Virus record (IMG/VR): IMGVR_UViG_3300025082_000005
Span: 7,999-71,998 of that record
Strand: one strand, 5' to 3'
DNA length: 64,000 nt
Source of the DNA: a virus
Numbering within the stretch: position 1 is the stretch's first letter; the number at the start of each line of letters is the position of its first letter. A program made the position numbers and the translations under genes. Positions 9,947 to 24,100 of this stretch are shown here, piece by piece. The notes beneath the pieces were generated by a model, which worked only from the letters and a program-made list of their open reading frames with translations, had not been told where the DNA came from and searched no databases.

Positions 9947-12097
9947 ATGGCAAAAGGAAATAGTAAATATACCGATCAAGGAAAGAAGAAGAATGCAAGG
10001 TATAAACGTAAGAAGTATCCTAGTGGTGTTCAATATGCCGAAGAACAACCAGAGCCAAATGGTTATGATGTAGCAGGAGAGACTACCCAATGGGCTCAAA
10101 CTGGTGGTAAGATGGCAGGACCGGGCGGTGCTGTAGCTGGTGCAGCTATTGGACTTGGTTTAAGTTTGTACAACCGAAAGAAGATCAAAGAAGCGAATCG
10201 GCAGATCAAAGCTGAGAAGGAAGCGTACGAAGAGTTCGGAGGTTATGCTACCGATCCTAAACTTATGATGGATCCGGATGCTACAGCCAAGAAAGGCTTG
10301 CGTTCATATAAAAGCAAGGTTACTAAGCTTTCCTCGAAGAAGGCTAATAAGATATTAGAAGACGGTTCTGTCTATGGCAAACGCCTATCAAGTAAACAGA
10401 AGCGATTCTTTGGTGCCATGGCTGAAGGAGGAGAATCCTCGGGCAATGGTGTAATAGAGATTGAAGGCAAGAATGGTGTTGGGGAGATCCACACTGATGC
10501 CGATTTCAATGTTAAAAGCGTTGGAACCACTCCACATACTAAAGGTGGAGACAAGGTAAAAGCTGCTAAAGGCGATGTTGTTTTCAATACTCAAGGTAAG
10601 CCTGAGAAATTTGATAAGGTTATGGGTAAGATAAATCGCTACAAGGCTGGAGGAAGTAAGATTCCTATAGAACAAGAGAGACGTAAGTTACCAACCGACG
10701 ATGCCCCAAAGAAAGTAGATGGAGATGAGAATGTCGTTCCAGGCTCTGCTCCATTCATTCCTCAACAGGTAATGGACGACAAACGGGCTGGAGTCGCCCC
10801 TGTAGAAGATACACCAGGTAATGCTCCAGCTATGGCTCCTTTCGTAGAGAGAGGAACCTTGGATGAGGAGTTTGGTAATCCACAAGGAATTGACTATGAT
10901 CCCAATAAGCAACGGTTAGTATATGACCAAGAGATGCAGAAGTCTTTCGATGATGTATATCAAACAGATAATCCATATCATGCTTTCCTAGCTAACCCAG
11001 AGAACCAAAAGCAATTTAAAGCCTTTCAGGAAACTGAGGCCACAGATCCTACAGGTACTTATAAACAATTCCAAGACTTCATGGTTGGTCAAGGAATTAA
11101 CTCAGGAGATTATCTTCAATATCTTAGGGATCAAGGATTAGATCCAGGCACTGAAGGATATGGTGTTGGAGATGCGAGAAACTTGGAAACTAAGAGTTTA
11201 GCTGCTTCTTTACGATACATGGATCAATATAATAGTGATCAAAGTGTATTGGATAAAGGTTTGTATACTGTGGAGGATTTACCTCAAAGTGTACCAACAA
11301 GTCCTGCAGATGCTGCCACTCTTACTGAGGAAGAAGTAGAAACGGAAGAGAAAGAGACTGGGAAAGGGAAGGCTAAGAAGGTAGGTAAAGCTATCACTGA
11401 TAAGCTTTCTCGTAATGCCAATGTCATGGGGAACTTATTGGATTCCATGGGGGGTATTGAAGGATACAACAAGAGTGCCTTGAAACTTAATCGATATAAG
11501 TATCAAGATCTTTCTGCTCCTCAAATAAAGGAAGCCAATGTTGCTGGTGCTATTAGAAGAAAGAACCGAAGAGGTTTAGTTGGATCTAAAGGCCAACAAG
11601 TATCCCAAGCTGCACAAGACGAAGTAATGATGCAGAAGGCTAAGGAGCGTATCCTTAATAAAGAAATTGAGAGAAAGCTTAGAATTGAGAATGCAAATGT
11701 TGATCTTAGTAATGCTGAACGTAAGTTCGCTGCTGGAGAAGATGTTCGAGCTAAGGACATAGAACGAATGCAGAGAGCTAAGAACCGTAAGTTTGGGAGA
11801 GCTGCAACAGCAGAACTTACCCAGATGCACAACATAGACAAACAGCGTGAGTATATGATGAGCCGGGATGAGAAGCTTTACGCTCGGGATAATATGCTTG
11901 CTAGTATTCTAGGAAGTAGATCATATGATTTAAATGTTACTAGAGACGCTGAGGGTAAGTATAATAAAGATGTAGAAAAGACGCTCCGTGAGCCATATAG
12001 AATGGGTATTGTAGAAGACGAGAAGAAAGAAGAAGCAGAAACACCTAAGACTACACAACCAGAGAAGAAGAGAAAAGGTACTAATCGATATAAGTAA
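9947..12097 (+). CDS. Virion cargo (ejection) protein 1
   Basis: Follows the muzzle gene; Gly/Ala hydrophobic segment GPGGAVAGAAIGLGLSLY; low-complexity and coiled-coil regions. Confidence 0.6.
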   Translation: MAKGNSKYTDQGKKKNARYKRKKYPSGVQYAEEQPEPNGYDVAGETTQWAQTGGKMAGPGGAVAGAAIGLGLSLYNRKKIKEANRQIKAEKEAYEEFGGYATDPKLMMDPDATAKKGLRSYKSKVTKLSSKKANKILEDGSVYGKRLSSKQKRFFGAMAEGGESSGNGVIEIEGKNGVGEIHTDADFNVKSVGTTPHTKGGDKVKAAKGDVVFNTQGKPEKFDKVMGKINRYKAGGSKIPIEQERRKLPTDDAPKKVDGDENVVPGSAPFIPQQVMDDKRAGVAPVEDTPGNAPAMAPFVERGTLDEEFGNPQGIDYDPNKQRLVYDQEMQKSFDDVYQTDNPYHAFLANPENQKQFKAFQETEATDPTGTYKQFQDFMVGQGINSGDYLQYLRDQGLDPGTEGYGVGDARNLETKSLAASLRYMDQYNSDQSVLDKGLYTVEDLPQSVPTSPADAATLTEEEVETEEKETGKGKAKKVGKAITDKLSRNANVMGNLLDSMGGIEGYNKSALKLNRYKYQDLSAPQIKEANVAGAIRRKNRRGLVGSKGQQVSQAAQDEVMMQKAKERILNKEIERKLRIENANVDLSNAERKFAAGEDVRAKDIERMQRAKNRKFGRAATAELTQMHNIDKQREYMMSRDEKLYARDNMLASILGSRSYDLNVTRDAEGKYNKDVEKTLREPYRMGIVEDEKKEEAETPKTTQPEKKRKGTNRYK

Positions 12098-15093
12098 TGC
12101 CAGTTAACGAACATGATGAGCCGTATGTAGTTCCACACCAACAAGCTTATACAAGCCAGTATGTGCAATTACCCTTTCAACAATTACAGAACTATGCAGA
12201 TAGAAGTCAACAGACCTTCGACGCTGCTGAGCAAGGAGAGAACAGTATACGCCAAAAGCTTTATGCTGCTCAGGCTTTGAATAAAGACAAAGCCCTTCGT
12301 AATGAGATTCTGAATAAGTACGAATCAGACATGGTAAAGAACCTTGAAGCTGTAGGAGGTGACTATGCTATGGCCATACCTAGGATTAAGGAGCAAGGGC
12401 GACAAATGAACGAAGACTTTACTCGGGGAAGGCTTGGTGCCATCGTTGGAAACCAACGCGCTGCTCAAGCGTATCAACAGGATTTACAAACTAAATATAA
12501 TGATGGGAAGATAACCCTCACTCAATATAATGGTTTGGCTGGGATGTCTATGGCCAATTACCAAGGAGTACAAGATGCCCTACAATCATCTGGTGTTTAC
12601 AATAGTTTCAGTGGTATTTCCGCTGCAAATAAAGTAGATATCGATGCAAAGGTTGAAACACTTATTAAAGACTATGCAGCAGACAAATGGGACTCAAGCC
12701 AATACCAGAAAACCTTAGACGGGGGATATAGATTTCTTACGAAGAATGGTTGGAAAGAGGTACGAGCAGAAGATGTCTATAGAGATGTAGAAGGTTCACT
12801 TAGAAATGATAAAGAAGTAATGGATTACCTCAGTCAGCTTACTATGATTGAAGGACATCAAGCAAAGCAAGCGGGTAAACCTTTTGATGCAGAATCCTCT
12901 TTAAATAAGCACATACGTCAATATGCTTCCAGGGGGGCATCTAAAGCAGGTTTTCGTGAAGCGTATAACCAACAAGAAGACTATAAGGCTGATGAATATA
13001 AACTTGCTCGTTTTAAGGCAGGCTTAGAACATGAGTATGAGATGGTAGCTGATGATATGCAATACCAATCGGAAACGATGTCTCAGAACAACGTCTTGAC
13101 ACATGCTACTAATTATCAAGGAGATAAGGTAGATGGAGTTGAAGGCTTAGACTTTAACCTTGCTCAATGGGACAAACAAGGAGCCAAAGCTCTTAAAGGC
13201 TTTATCCATGATTTGGATATAGACGTAGCTACACATCGAACCAGTTCTGATTATGGTAAGTATGTTGCTCAACTTGATAAGCTTAAGCAGATTATGGAAG
13301 GAGAGAATGGATACATTGAAGTATATAAGATGCTTCGTAGTCCCGATCATGGAGGTATTACCTTCCTTTCAGAAAAAGAAATTAATGAAGCTGTAGCAAC
13401 GATGGACGGCTTCATGAATAATAGGGCAGACGCGCTTAATCTTAAGAAACAAGCAGAAGCAATAGCCATGGAGAAAACTGGCTATGATCCTCAGAAAGAC
13501 CACAATGCAGGTATGGCAGCAGCAGCAAAGTATGCAGCAACTAGCCTTAAGGATCTACCAGAGGGATTAACTGCTCAGAATGTTCTTGATGCAGCCTTTG
13601 GAACTGGTGATGGAACTTGGAAACGAGAACGAGATGCTGATTGGGTACAGAAGCCTTTAGGTAGATGGGGGACAGCTACAGGCATGGAAGGCGATACTCG
13701 TATAGTCAACACTAAGACGGGTAAAATTTATACATTACCTAAGCGTGAAGATATGCGAGACGCTGATGGTAGAATGACAAAGAAGAACATACTTGTACAA
13801 CTTGATGAGGCTTATAAAGGGGCTATTGATATAAAAGCAAGGACAAACTATAATAAAGCCGTCGACAAGTATTTAGATAGTGATGAAGTAAATGTGTACC
13901 AAGCTGGAGGAGGCCCTGTAGGAAGTATAGGCCCTGGATATGTACAGAATGGAGCAACAGGAGAATGGGAGCATAGTGAAGAGCAGGCGTTAAAGAACAC
14001 TAAGGCAGCTAATAATTATTGGTTTCAAGATCCTAAGAAGGGAACACTTCATCAAGGTAATTGGATAGGCCTCAATGGTTTCATACTTACGCCTGATGGT
14101 ATGAAAGAAGGAGGCATTGTAGATCTTCTTATGGAAGAGGTTGATTTAGATCCAGATGATGCTGAGGATAGACAGAAGTTCTTTGAGAATGCTAGATCTA
14201 GTTCTCAACACTTAAGTAAGGCTCCTACTCTTAGATACCAAGGACAGCCTAGACGCTTCTATGAATTTAAAGTAAACTATGGGGGCAATACAGGTGTAGT
14301 TAAGGTTCCGGCCACTACTTCTAATATTACAAGCACCTCTATTCAAGAAATGATTAATAACCCAGCAGAGCAAATACTTACTAGGGTTTATGATATGCGA
14401 TCTAAAGGAGTTAAGGTTTCTCGTTGGGACCAACATCCAGACGTCATCTTTGATATGACTAAGGAGAAGAATAAAGTAACAATGCCTAATCCTTATGTTA
14501 ATGTTAAAGGACATAAATGGCAAGGACAAGCTACAGTAACTGTAGATTTACAAGAAGCTATTCCTGCTCTTACTGGGTTTATAGAAAAGAAGAAGCATGG
14601 AACGTTGGATAAAGGGTATCTTAATGAATTAAATGATGCCCACTTTGAAACAAATTTGGCTCCACAAGCTGATCCAAGACAAGTAACCGCTGCCTTTAAT
14701 AAAGTTAAGGTGAATACACATGGAAATATAGACTTCAATAGTATGGCACATGCTAGGAATACAGCAGCAACACACCCTAATACTATTGAACCTAATTCGT
14801 ACTATCGTGTTTCAGATGAATCTGGCACTCCTCAGAATGTATTAGGGGCAGATATCTTAAGTGAAGGAAGCGGAACTCAAGAGAAACAAGATTACCGAGA
14901 CTATGTACAAGAATTGATGGATGACGGTATGAGTAAGAACTGGGCTATAAGCAGAGCAACTAAGAAATTTGGACATGCTTATCCTATTGCTGAGCCCCAA
15001 ACTGTACAAGGAGCACAAGAACGAGTAAGGAATCCTAATGATCTTTATCAATTCAGTCCATATGAGGCAGTGAAAGAAACTTTCTTAAATTAA
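12097..15093 (+). CDS. Virion cargo (ejection) protein 2
   Basis: 998 aa, helical, N-terminal YTSQYVQLPF; between cargo 1 and the vRNAP gene. Confidence 0.55.
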   Translation: MPVNEHDEPYVVPHQQAYTSQYVQLPFQQLQNYADRSQQTFDAAEQGENSIRQKLYAAQALNKDKALRNEILNKYESDMVKNLEAVGGDYAMAIPRIKEQGRQMNEDFTRGRLGAIVGNQRAAQAYQQDLQTKYNDGKITLTQYNGLAGMSMANYQGVQDALQSSGVYNSFSGISAANKVDIDAKVETLIKDYAADKWDSSQYQKTLDGGYRFLTKNGWKEVRAEDVYRDVEGSLRNDKEVMDYLSQLTMIEGHQAKQAGKPFDAESSLNKHIRQYASRGASKAGFREAYNQQEDYKADEYKLARFKAGLEHEYEMVADDMQYQSETMSQNNVLTHATNYQGDKVDGVEGLDFNLAQWDKQGAKALKGFIHDLDIDVATHRTSSDYGKYVAQLDKLKQIMEGENGYIEVYKMLRSPDHGGITFLSEKEINEAVATMDGFMNNRADALNLKKQAEAIAMEKTGYDPQKDHNAGMAAAAKYAATSLKDLPEGLTAQNVLDAAFGTGDGTWKRERDADWVQKPLGRWGTATGMEGDTRIVNTKTGKIYTLPKREDMRDADGRMTKKNILVQLDEAYKGAIDIKARTNYNKAVDKYLDSDEVNVYQAGGGPVGSIGPGYVQNGATGEWEHSEEQALKNTKAANNYWFQDPKKGTLHQGNWIGLNGFILTPDGMKEGGIVDLLMEEVDLDPDDAEDRQKFFENARSSSQHLSKAPTLRYQGQPRRFYEFKVNYGGNTGVVKVPATTSNITSTSIQEMINNPAEQILTRVYDMRSKGVKVSRWDQHPDVIFDMTKEKNKVTMPNPYVNVKGHKWQGQATVTVDLQEAIPALTGFIEKKKHGTLDKGYLNELNDAHFETNLAPQADPRQVTAAFNKVKVNTHGNIDFNSMAHARNTAATHPNTIEPNSYYRVSDESGTPQNVLGADILSEGSGTQEKQDYRDYVQELMDDGMSKNWAISRATKKFGHAYPIAEPQTVQGAQERVRNPNDLYQFSPYEAVKETFLN

Positions 15094-15135
15094 GTTTATT
15101 TCTACATTACGTTATAATTGTTTATCTTTATCGCT

Positions 15136-18100
15136 ATGCCAGAAAACAATAAACCTACGAGTATAAAACCTACTGTTAATCCATTATTTGGACCAGGAGA
15201 AACTGAACTAGCTATTAATCCTTTGACTAGGCTTCCAGTAGAGGCCCCGAAGCGAATGGATAGACGAGAGCAGGCTCATTTCCAAACCACCATGGATCAA
15301 GTCCCTGACCTACAACATGTCAAGGACTTAGGAGACTATACAGAATATGGTGTTTCTATGTTTCCACAACTGGAGCATAATTGGAAAACAGAGCAAGCCC
15401 AAAACCAATCTGGATGGGAACATGCCTTGGGCTTCCTAAACCAAGGAGTTGTAGGTGAAGTTGTAGGAGGTATGATCGAAGGCTTTGGTTGGCTTGGTGA
15501 ATACAATACATGGGCTAATATATCTAAAGGCGAAGAGGAAGAAGTGGGCAATTTCCTTATTGATATAGGCGAAGGAATACAAGATTGGACTAAAGAGGCT
15601 ACACCTATTTATGAAGATCCTAATGCCTCTGCTTGGAATCCTGCATCTTCTGCATGGTGGGCATCTAAAGGTACTAGTGTACTTTCATTCGCTTCTATGC
15701 TTATTCCTGCTGCCGGGGCTGTAAAGGCCATAGGCGTTGTAGGTAAAGGCTTAGGTATGCTTGCTAAAGCAGCAAAGCTTGCCAAAGGCCTAGGGAAGTT
15801 AGGTAAAGTTGGTAAGGCTCTTAAAGGCGTTCAGATGTCTGCAAAGGGATCGAGAATGTTGAAACTGGCTGGTAAAGGTATGGCACAAGCTGTAGTTTCC
15901 AGACACATTGAGAATAATATGGAGGCCTCAGGTGTCTTCAAAGAACAATATGATAAGTTTATCTCTGCTGGTTTAGATGATAAAGAAGCAAAGAAATTAG
16001 CTGGTGAGGCTGCACAGGATACATATGTAAGGAATTGGGCCATGCTTGCTCAAGATATTCCCCAGTATATGCTAATGGGTAGTAAAGTTAAATTAGGAGG
16101 CTTTGCCGAGAAAGCTTTAACCAAGGCAGCAGGGGCTACAGCAGCGAAGGCCTTAACTAATAAGTACCTTGTTACAGGGCTCTCAGAAGGCTTAGAAGAA
16201 TCCTTCCAATTCTGGGTAGGAGAAGAAGCCAAGTATCTAACAGATGTAAAGGCTGGTATAGCTAAGGAGTCCTCACATGGAGAAAGGATGAAGAAGTATC
16301 TCAAGAATGGAGAACTTTGGACATCGTTCTTCTTCGGTGCGTTCGGTGGTATGGCTATGGAAGGAGCAGGGCCAGGTATAAAGAAAGTAACGGAAGGAGC
16401 AACTGAGAGGTTATCTACGATGCCTGCTAAGGGCTTGCACCATCTAGGGGCTTCTATTTCTGCTATTGCTAGAAAGACAGGAAGGAATTTATTCTATAGT
16501 GATGCTATTAAAGCTGCTGATGAATCTGGAGATAAAGAAGCTAGTACCTACTTACGAAAGAAGTGGAATATAGATACAGCTATCGACCACTTAGACCAGG
16601 ATACATTTGCTGGCTATATGGAAGATATAGAGAACTTTAGTGAGACAAGTAAAGAAGATAAAGAAGAATTTGCTGAGAAGCATGGATTGGATCCACAACA
16701 ATTATTGGACTTACAAACTAACTATGCTTCTTATATCAAAGATGCTGGACAAGCTAAAGAAATATATGACGGGTATAAGAACGATGGCTATGCGGAAGCT
16801 ACTTTAGCTCCAATGGTTATGAGAGCTATGGATGCCCAAATCGCTTCTGATTTAAGTATTCAAGCCTCTGAACAAATAGTGAATAAGTCTGCTACCCGAG
16901 GTAAGGAATCTCTTACTCCCGGTTCAGGAGAAGCCGTTTATAGTGCGAGTATCGAAGTTCGTCGTATCAAAGAGGCTCTTAAGGTATACTCGAAGGAGGC
17001 TAAGAATAAAGGAACAGGAAAGGCTCGACAAGAAAGGGTAAGCAAACGAGTAAAGGAACTTACCTCAGAGCTTAAGGACGCAGAGAAGGTTCTAGTAGAG
17101 GCCAACGCTATTGAAAGAACTGCAAGCGAGAAACGAGCTGACGCCCGAGTAATAAAGCGTGCCCTTTCCGAAAGGGGCTTGTTCAAGGCATATAATACTA
17201 AGGAGTATAATGATATGCTAACGGAAGAGGCTCAGGATGAAATTGATCATCTTCAAGGAGATGCGATCCAGAATGAGCATAAGTATACTACCGACGTAAA
17301 CGAATTAATTAATGCAAAGGATAGAGGAGAACATAATCAAGTTGTAGACAAGATAAGGGAGAAGTACGGAGAAGCTATACCAGAGCCTATAGCTAAAGCA
17401 ATAGCTGGTACTTCTAAGATGATGCAACTCAGGGAGATGCAAAGCTCTGAGAAGAAGCAAGCGAATGCAAATGAGAAGGGCATAGCTGAGAAACGTGAGG
17501 AGATTAAGAATGAAACTGATTTAACCAAAGCCGTTATGGATGCCGATGGCATGCGTAAGGATATGGGAGAAGAAGGGGCGTCTGCCTTGGAAACGGAACA
17601 AGTAACTAGTACTGTCTCAACTAAACAGAACATAGAAGGAGCTACTAGGGCTTCTGATGCCGTAGCAGCATCTAATACGAATGATGAGAACCCAGGCTCA
17701 GCAGAACCAACAACCAATTCTGTGCCTTTGCCTAAGGTTACGAAGTCCATGAAGGATAGTATGCTTTCTTTCAATTGGACCTCGGCACGTAATGGAGGGT
17801 CTACAGACTCTGCTAATCAAGTACTTACAGATCTATTAGAAGACCCTAAGTTCAAAGCTGTTGGTACTAAGCTTGAATTGGTAGTAGAAGGAGATGGTAT
17901 TAGAGCCATACTTTTAAATGCCGATGGCGAATGGATAACAACCAACGATAATCCAGTTGGTCCTCTATTACATATGCCGATCGATCAGAAAGATAATCCT
18001 AATTTCACTTCTGGAAAGCGGGCTGAACTAGGAGCATTGATCGCCCAAGTACGTGAGGCATCTGAGAAAGGCTTGAGAGTCTTCACAGAGATCACCAAGC

Positions 18101-21100
18101 GTACAGGTGGACATAAGCAACTAGGATTAGAACCGATATCCATCAGGGAGATAGAAACAGCTACAGGGGCTCCTGCGAAACTTATGGTTTCCTTAGGAAC
18201 TTCATTGATGTATCATAATGGTAATCCCGTAACCGATACGGATGCTACTGGTACAGGTGGGGCTATATACTTAGAAACTAGGGATATTGAAGGGAACTTG
18301 GTTCCTATGAAATTGGATGCTTCTTACTTAACCAGAGAAGAAGCAAACCTTATGGTGGATCTCTATACAGATTTCCAGAACAGGAACACCTGGTTCAATA
18401 CACCAGTAGCTGATAACCCAATGGTTGAGGGCCTTACTTATGGACAAGCTTTCGAATTGCTTGCGTATGAAGGTTCTAAGACAGCGAATACCATTATAAC
18501 AGATGAGGAAAGCGAAGATTATGGCAAGCGTAAGGATTTATACTACAATAAGAATACTAAGTCGCTTCATTTCGGAGCTAAGGCTATTCCTATTGATAAG
18601 ATAAACGAAGTTCGAGAAGACATCGTTGATTGGATGATGGCTATGGTGCCGAGATATGCTTCCATTAAGAAATTGAATCTTCCTATGAGTGAGTGGGCTA
18701 CTAGAGACGGACGTACGTCTACAGCCAAATTCTCTTTCATGGGAAAGGACTATACAGTTAAGGATAAGTATAATGACTTCCTTATCGATAGTGAGAAGTA
18801 CTTAACTAATCTCTCACCAAACGATGGTAAGTTATTTATCCAACCTACTATCGAATTCTCTTCTACTTTAGATATAGAAGAAGAGACAGCTCAAGAACCT
18901 GTTGTTCCTACGCCAGAACAGACAAAGGAAGCAGGAGGAGACACTAAGGAAGCCAAAGCCCCAGATAATCCATTTGGTGGAGTAAAGCGTAAGAAGACAG
19001 GCTTTAATCTAATGGCTGCACCTAGTGGAGGATATACTATAGCTAATATGGCTGAGGAAAGAGCTTGGCTTGAAGCCGTTCTTCCGAATGTTCCTGTAAC
19101 AGTTATAGATGGCTTGATTAGAATGGCTAATAAAGGCGGTCGTGCTTACGGAGCCTATGTTAATGGTATGATACAACTTTCCAATATAATGGAAAAGGGC
19201 ACAGCTTACCATGAAGCCTTCCATGCAGTATCTCAATTGTACTTATCTGAGAATGAAAGAACTGAATTATATGAGGAAGCAAGATCTAAGTATGGAACTC
19301 CTACACAAGAACAGCTTGATGCTCGAAAAGTAGAATCGGAGCAAGATTGGTTTGAGGAGAAGCTTGCTGATGATTTCAGAGCCTTTGTACACTCTGAGGG
19401 AACCATGAGCTTCCATCCTAAGGCCAAGAGCTTCTTTGGAAAGCTATGGGAGATGATCAAACACTTGTTTGGTTCTCGTTCTAAAGTAGATCAAGTATTC
19501 GCTAAGATCAATAGAGGATACTATGCTACTGCTCCAATGTCTGGAAGAGTAGCCAAGATGACCAATAAGGCTTTATACAATAGAGCCGATAATTTAAATG
19601 TAAGTCAATTCTATGACATAGTTGATACGATTACATTCTCTGTAGTCCAGGAGTCAAAGTTAATGGAGACTGAGGATATTTCAGCTCTTACTATGGAGGC
19701 TATCAGCACTGATGCTATTTCCGGACATCTTGCTACATACTATGATTTGGCAATGGAGGCTAATAACCTAACTACAGCCAATATCTTTATAGCTGCTAAT
19801 GCTGATGTAGACGCTATAAGGTCTGCAATCTTAGATAAATTTAATGAGATGCAGTTAGAGGTCAACCCAGAGGTTCAAGCTATTCTTGATACTGATGACC
19901 TCACAGAGGAAGAGAAGACTGAGAAACTGAATACTAAGTCAGCTTTCGAATACTCAGGTAAGGATAATGCCACTGGAAACGTTAAGCTTCTACTTTCCAT
20001 GGTTCCTAAGCTTAAGAGCACAGACTTGATAGAACAAGAAGATGGTAGTGTTGTTAAGGATTACGAAATCAATCCTAACACTGGTCTTCCTAGATTAGCA
20101 TATGCTGCTTCTACTTGGGCAGCTTTGGCTAAGTCTTTATCTGGTATTGTCGATAGCTACATATATGAAACAGGAGAACTTACTACAGCTTTCGATAAGA
20201 TGCTTGTAGCTATGGATGAGTTGACAACAACTCGACCAGAAATCTCCATCCTAACTGCCAAACTACGGGACCCTGCATACCCAATGCATAAGAAGATTCA
20301 ATTCTTCAGTGCCTTCTCTAAGGCTAATATGCAATACTATACAGCTAGATTTAAGAAAGAAGGACAGATCAAACAATTTGTCTTTAGTAAATCTGAATCA
20401 AGGAGCCCAGCGGAGCAAGTAAGAAATGAGTGGGTTCAGAATTTCAGAGATAAGATGTATGCTTACTCTGGAGACCATATGGCTTTAGATAGTGAACCTT
20501 TGACCTTTGCTTACTCTCTTATGGTTTCTCTTAAGGAAGATGTATTGGAGGCGATACAAGCTCGAAAGGAACTGAATGTAGAAGTACCAGTAGAAGAATA
20601 CAAAGAGCAATTGTTCCAAAGCTTGAACAGTGTTGGTATCGAGCTTTCAAGGCCTGCCTTTAATTATTGGATGGAAGGGCGTCCTGGAAACAACGAAGAT
20701 CAACGCTTGAAGAATGCTGTTACAAAGGTTGCTATTATGTTTGAAAGTCCTACAGGGCTTACTAAGGTTATTACAGATGGTGCCGAAGGTAAGAAACCTT
20801 GGGTGAAGAGCGAGAAAACCGCATTAGCTTTAGCTGAAGTAGAATCTCTATTTAGAGAAGACCTCTCAGAATCTGGAGTACTTGGAGCAGATAACTCTAT
20901 GTACTATACATACTCATTGAATAACTTCTTGATTAAGAAGATTCAAGAGATAAAGAATAACGATGAATACCTTGAGAAGTTAAGCAAGATTCCAGGTAAT
21001 GCTAATGCTATTTGGATTTCAGAGCTTCTAAACAATAAGAAGACTAGAGAAGAGTTTAACTATAACGTATTCAATAACTTACGTGAGGAAGCAGCAGGAG

Positions 21101-24100
21101 ATACGGGAAGTAAGTTCTCTGATCTTAAGCCTGCAGATGAGTTAGCTTTAAGGATTAACCAAACACTGCAAGGCAGGTACTCATTGCTTACTGCTGCGGA
21201 TAAAGGTGTATACACTACCATTACTGGCTTTGCCCCTAAGAAACTTGAGTTAGATTTCAGGGGAGATGATATAATCTTCAACAACGTATCCACAGTAGAT
21301 ATCATAGGGAATTACTTCATAGATGAACTTGCTAGAATGTCTCAAGCTTGGAATGAGGTACATGGGCCTAATGCTATCCCTGTAGAGCAACAAGTAGAGC
21401 ATTACCATAAAGGTAAACGTCATGCTTTCAAATCTCAATTATTTCCTTCGCTAAGCCCGATCGAAATTACCGAATCGGGAGAGGTGGTGGATAATATAGA
21501 TTTGGATGTAGATACGCTTGAGCTTATTAAGACATACATTACCTCAGATAATAATAAACCTACTTGGGGAACAAAGACAGTTAATCAACTAAGACCAAAG
21601 GTAGAAGGCCTTCTTAAGCGATTAGCTGAGAAAGAGATAGACCTAGCAGTGCAGACAGGTGTCCTTCAAAAGCAAGGAGGCAACCTTATTAATGTGGGGT
21701 TAGATACTTCTGTGCTTAAGACCTTTAGAAAGAAGGGCGCTACAGATACTCAGGCAATCAAATCTATGATGGCTGATTATATGGTTAATTCGTTGATTGC
21801 CCATGTAGAAACTGGAAAGCTATTCACTGGTGACCCTGCTTACTACAAGTCTCTCGATGACTTGAAGAAGCGTGTACCAGGAATTATAGCTCCAGGGCAA
21901 GACCTATTCATCCATCCCGCAGAAAACGGAAGAGAGAGACAATTCTACAATGTAGCCATTGTAAAGGACATCGAAGAAAACATGGCTGTAACGCAGCCTG
22001 AGGTCTATAAAGGGTATAAAGATGCTTTAATAGAATCAGGAATGTCTGAATCTGAGGCAGAAGAAGCCTTAAGTCCTTACAGAGAAATTAATGTAGCAGA
22101 TGCTCAGGCATATGTTACTATGGAACGATATAAAGACTTGTTGCAAATGCTTGGTAAGTGGAGGCCTTCTATGGAAGCCCCTTTCGATAGATTAAGCAAA
22201 GGAGAAGAAGTAGTTGCGGAAGACGTTAGCTTATTCCTTCAACCATTGAAAGGGATGTACTATGATCTAGTGCCTTCACCAACTGGTAATCGTATGCAAC
22301 CGGTCTACCTTAAGTATTCTTTGGCTCCATTGATCCCTGGCATGATCCGTGGAACCAAGATGCAAGGTGTCTTGGCTGCAATGAAACGAGATAAAGTACA
22401 AGAGCTTGTATTTGAATCAGGTATCAAAGTAGGAGCAAGGGGACAAGTAGACATCAAAGATGCAGACCTCAAGTTTAATCCAATAGAACTTGATAATCGT
22501 AACTGGAAGTTACAACAAGATCTTTCTGCTAAGTATTTGAAGAAAGGAGAAGCTATTGAAGGGTCTCAAGTACTTAAGAATGCCTTAGCGAATATCAATC
22601 CTTCGGCAATGTATGGAGATAAGGAAGGCGCTCAACTCATTGAGGAGTTTGTAGCAGCTGATAGATACCTATCTGATCTTGGTGCCGAAAGCCTTAAGAA
22701 GGAATTTGGTGTTACTTTAGATGAGAAAGGAGGTATTGTTTCTATTGATAAGAAGAAATTGTACCCAGTACTTATTAAGGAACTCAAAGCAGAAGCTCCT
22801 AAATATGTACTAGAGGCTTTAGATAGAGGTGTAGCCTTAGATGCCATACCTCAATTCCGTAAGAAGATCCAACAGAAATTGCTCTCAATGGTTACAGCAA
22901 GGACTGTAAGATTGAAGATGCCTGGAGGATCATTTGTACAAATGTCTCCAGCAATGTTTGAGGCAATTACTGGTTCAGATATATATAAAGAATCGGACAT
23001 ACTTTGGTTAACGGATGGTACTGCGTTATTACCTCCTAGAATAGAGGACGGAATAAGTAAGCCTGGACAAGTACTTGTACCTCATAGCTTGGTTAATAAG
23101 TATCCAGGATTTATGGATATGACTAAAGCTGAACAAATTAAGCTACTACGTCAAGCTCAAAAGGAAGGACTATTAGAGGGTGTTGGGTACCGTATCCCGA
23201 ATCAGGATATGGCTTCTACAGATTATCTGGAGGTTGCTGGTGTTCTACCAGCGTATATGGGAGATACTATCATAGCCTATTCAGCCATTACCGCGAAAAC
23301 AGGCTCTGATTATGATATCGATAAGATGTACTTCATGCTTCCTAACTTTGATCTTAAGATCAATAAGAGAGCAATGAGAAAGGACTTCTTAGAAAACAAT
23401 AAAGGGCTTTTCGATACATTACGTGAGGAGGCACAGATTAAGGATATGGATAATTCTACTTTGTTTAAGTCTATACAAGAACAAAGCAGAAGTGGTCTTG
23501 ATCTTACAGAAACAGAACAAGCTTTAGTAAAGGCTTGGAAAGATATGAATAAGGAAGACTATGTAAGTGGCATCACTAAGACGCCTTCTTCCTTAGACAA
23601 CAAACGGTCTGCACAGAATTACAAATTAGATAGGTATAAGGAGATTCTTCTTGCTAAGGAAACCTTTACTCGATTGATTTCTCCTATCGATGCTGAATGG
23701 TTAAAGAATGACACAAAGAAGATCAGAGAACTACTTGGTCAAGAGACTAAACTTGGAGATCTTGAATTCTTTTCTGGATATGAACAATATGTAACCAAGC
23801 GTAAGTTCGCTGGGGGACAACATGGTGTAGGACAAACAGCTAATCACCTAGTTGATCATGTTCTTACTCAAATGGCTGGAGTATTCCTTACAAGAAACTT
23901 TGGCTTGGGGCATGGTTATGGGGATGCTACTTCTGTTGCCGAAACTAAGGAATTAGATGGTTCGAGATATATTACTTCAAACGTCTCTGCTTACATGAAT
24001 GCGTATGTAGATATAGCTAAAGATCCATATATCTTTGATTTGAACAATAATACGTTCACAGCGAATACAGTCTTCTTGCTTATTAGAATGGGGGTAAAGC